Assembly: GCA_001244265.2 (NCBI GenBank)
Contig: CDLV01000010.1
Coordinates: 434,001 to 498,000 of the forward strand
Source of the DNA: Microbotryum violaceum
Lineage: Eukaryota
Direction: 5' to 3'
Length of the DNA stretch: 64,000 nucleotides
A program made the position numbers and the translations under genes. The first letter of the stretch is position 1. The number at the start of each line of letters is the position of its first letter. The notes beneath the pieces are model-generated. The model was not told where the DNA came from. It searched no databases and was given only the letters and a program-made list of their open reading frames with translations. Shown one piece after another: positions 60,868-64,000 of the stretch.

Positions 60868-62695
60868 TCAAGACGACGGCTCGACTTTGCCCTGCGCCGC
60901 GCGCACCGGTTCCTCGGCCAGGAACTTGAACATGGCCGCGTTCTGTTTCCTCGACTCCCTAGAGGCGAATGCGTCACAGGCAGGTGTCAGCAAATCATCA
61001 GATAAAATATCTGGGACCGAACGGAACGAAAAATAAGCAACTTACTCGAACCTCGGCTCAAAGAACTTGGCAGTCTCCTCGAACCTCAGCCTGTACGCCT
61101 CGAAATTACCGTAGCCGACGCACTCACTCCAACCTCGCGCAGCGACAAGGAACTCAGCATCATCAGATCGATGGGTGATGTCATTAACGGCCGAATGGAT
61201 CGCATGTTCAAGTCGCTCTTCGGAACGGAAGAGGTATTCTGCGACACCGATCCAGAATCGGAAAACGGGGGTCGCGCCAATCGCCAAATGGTCGAAGGGA
61301 CGGATCTTGAGCGCATGCCAGCAGTCAACCATGGCCAACAACGACAAGTGCGAGTTCGCTCTCGGGGCAGGGCTTGCTTCAGGTGCGCCAATCTCGAACT
61401 TGTCCAAGGCTTTGTCGGACAAGAGGATTGGTGCGGGTGAGTTGCCGTCGGCATCGCGCGTAAAGACGTAATCGCGAGCCGCGAACACTCGTTCCCTCAA
61501 CTCGTCCTCCTTTCCGATGATCATGAGCTTGAACAGCTCGGAGACACTTTGGGCATATTGCTTGATCTGCTTCTTGGCGGTCGGGTTCAGAATCGCGAGG
61601 CCGGCGTAAACGTGCCACTTGGCTGCGTAGATCCGGAGCGCGATGTTGATCTTGACGACCTCGATCCCACCGATGTAGCGCCCCGTCTCCCACGGGAAGG
61701 ACTGCATACACCTCCAAGCTGTCCCCATGCTGTCTCAACCTGACTCAAGTCAGCTGCTATGTCAGGTTCCGAATTGATTGAGTCACTCACGTCAAAAAGG
61801 CGGCATGGGTGACGGCTTGAGTGTTGGCCGTCACCTCGTCGTGTTCGTCATAGGTGAGGTGGACGTAGCGAGATTTGAGCGGCGCTAGGATTTGCTCGAC
61901 AATTCGCACCTCTGCTTGCGAAGCCCGATGTTGGATGATGATCTGTGTGAAATGAAATGAGATGTCACAACGGCGGCGCGATCAGGATCGTCAGGGTTTT
62001 TATATCTCACCAAGGCCTGCCCCTCGGGGGAAACGGTCGGCCCATGCAGCGAATGGATCGACACAATCTTGACGTCGCTCGGTAGATGCTTGTCAAACGC
62101 GGCTCGTTCTGGCGCCTTGACCGAGGTCTGTCCTGCAACAATGGCTCCCATCTTGGTTGCTAGAGGGAGTACGTTCCACGGTGAGCTCCTTTTCAGAAGC
62201 AAAAGATGCAGGTCCTGTCAACTAAGAAAAGACTAACATGGACCGTACTGTTTGACGACGGCATCGAGGTATTCGGCTTCGACGGAGTAGACGATGAAAT
62301 CACTCGATCTCGAGACGTGATGACCATCGACCATGGGGACCAAGCCTGGCTTGCCTGAGGGAGGGTCGTGTGAAAGTGTCAGTCAGGTAGGGTGGAGTGG
62401 GGGCGAAGAGCACCTTGGGCCGACTCGGGGTTCGCGTAAGCGGGCGGATTTCGATACCTTTGCAGTACTCGACCAGTTGATCATACTTGGAAGGCAAGTC
62501 ACAGACATGTATTCTGCGTCCGTCAAGCACCCTGAGTATCAGCTCCGAGCTCTCGGGAGGAGCGGGGAAGGGGAACGAAATGGTGACTTACGTGCTGCCG
62601 CCCGCTTTGGACAATGCCTCGGCGTACATCTTGCCCATCTCACCCATACCGATCAGTCCGATGATCGGTCGGCTGGACTGGGCGTTGGCGGCCAT
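60868..62695 (-). CDS. TYR1: Prephenate dehydrogenase (NADP+), multi-exon
   Basis: IGLIGMGEMGKMYA, GHHVSRSSDFIVYSVEAE, GQTSVKAPE, HSLHGP, HDEVTANTQAVTHAAFL, KWHVYAGLAILNP. Confidence 0.95.
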
Positions 62696-63070
62696 AATGT
62701 TCGAAGTATGTTTTGTGATGCCAAGTCGGTGAATGGGCTTTTGATTCGCGCGATTCGGCTGCTCGGACGGGCTTTGAAGAGTTCAGATGGGGAGCAGCTT
62801 AGGGTCTGGGGAGAGATGATCGTTGAACGTGGTGAACCAAGTCACGGGGGGGGAAGGCGAAAATGCTGTGCGCTATCCTGGCTGGAGTGATGTGGGGGAG
62901 GGGAAGACTCAATTGCCCCGGGCACGAACTGCCACAAGTCCGGTCGCCTCCGCGCGCTTCGGACCGAGAAAAGTGGAGCCCGGCCGAGATCGCAGCCGAG
63001 TCCGTCGTCGTCGTCGTCCTTCCAGGATGGCCCTTCGCCTTTTCCGAACCCCACGCACCGCATCGTAAAA

Positions 63071-63762
63071 ATGGTCGCAGGCGAGGGAAAAGAAACGCCA
63101 GAAATGGCCGCCGCTCGATTAAAGTACCCACCAGGGACGGTCCTCAACCCGGATGGAACACCCTGCAAGGTAACGTCCACCGTCGGCCGGGGCTTCGTCA
63201 TCGGCCGCCAACACCACTCTCAACCAGTAGCGTTTCAAGAGCTAACGACTTCTGCCTTGCGCAGATCTGTACTTCATCGGCTGCATGGTCCACATTTGCG
63301 GGCAGGACCAAGAAGAAGATACCCAAGACAGGAACTGCAGCAGGAGCAGGAGCAGGCGCAGCTGCCACCACTTTGGCCTCAGTAGACACGACCGAGTCGA
63401 TCGCTTCCCCGACCGATTGTCCCCCAGACGTCGAACAACTCGGTCGCCACACCTGGACTTTCCTCCACACCACCGCTTCTTACTTTCCCCCGGCTCCCTC
63501 GGCGCACCAACGTACCTCGATGCTATCTCTCCTCAATTCTCTCCCGACTTTGTACCCCTGTGGGATGTGCGCCGACGAACTGGGCAAATACATCCAACAA
63601 CACCCCCCTGAACAAGCGGTAAACGGAGGGAGGACTTCATTGGAACTTTGGCTTTGTCAGGTACACAACGAGGTCAATCAACGACTGGGGAAGACACCTT
63701 TCGATTGCGATAATGTCGGCCAGAGGTGGAGGGATGGGTGGAAGGATGGGAGGTGTGATTAG
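63071..63762 (+). CDS. ERV1: Mitochondrial FAD-linked sulfhydryl oxidase
   Basis: Spliced shuttle motif PCK-IC, DCPPDVEQLGRHTWTFLH, YPCGMC, WLCQVHNEVNQRLGK..FDC, RWRDGW. Confidence 0.94.
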
Positions 63763-63849
63763 AGACGAAGCACTTGGTAGCATTAGATGGAATCAACATT
63801 GTTGTAATCGGGTATATCAAGATCCCCCTTCATTTCAAAAAATCAGAGT

Positions 63850-63999
63850 CTACTCTTCCATCGCTTTGTTCTCTCCTTCCGCACCGGTCTGCAAGTTCTT
63901 CAACCTTTCCTGCTCCAACTCCAACCTCCTCTGAATCTCGGCCCTCCCCGCCGCCCTCTTGCCCTTTCTCTTCCTAAAGGCATCCCCCTCCTCGGCATC
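63850..63999 (-). CDS. 3' end of an unidentified gene entering from the right edge
   Basis: Open frame DAEEGDAFRKRKGKRAAGRAEIQRRLELEQERLKNLQ..MEE*, converging on ERV1. Confidence 0.45.
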   Translation of the reverse strand, partial: DAEEGDAFRKRKGKRAAGRAEIQRRLELEQERLKNLQTGAEGENKAMEE

Positions 64000-64000
64000 C

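Noticed and set aside
20896-63762. FMP40, TIM10 and ERV1 as a mitochondrial redox gene cluster
   Set aside because: Spread over more than 40 kb among unrelated housekeeping genes; no evidence of functional clustering.

Overview
Gene-dense, intron-rich fungal genomic DNA, basidiomycete-like; Pucciniomycotina/Microbotryomycetes-type yeast is an inference from intron style and protein sequences. Positions 1-10.45 kb are a stack of L1-clade non-LTR retrotransposons. It holds one near full-length minus-strand copy (ORF1; APE-RT-CCHC ORF2; ~650-nt 3' UTR; poly(A); 5' (CTTCA)25 array), several truncated copies, and a decayed second family, arranged as two converging head-to-tail arrays. The stack ends 60-100 bp upstream of an intron-containing tRNA-Pro(AGG) gene, with the element 5' end facing the tRNA. 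The last ~180 nt of the 3' UTR is a structured RNA with compensatory changes between diverged copies. The rest of the window is mostly housekeeping genes: GT31 glycosyltransferase, MET5, a zinc deaminase, SelO/FMP40, an arrestin-like protein, POL1, kinesin-6, BNA1, an ACC-synthase-like PLP enzyme, TIM10, PRE10, RPS4, a CNH-domain Vps39/TGFBRAP1-like protein, TYR1, ERV1 and several unknowns. Single-base frameshifts at G/C runs recur even in conserved genes, which points to homopolymer errors in the assembly. Exon boundaries were read by eye and are approximate.
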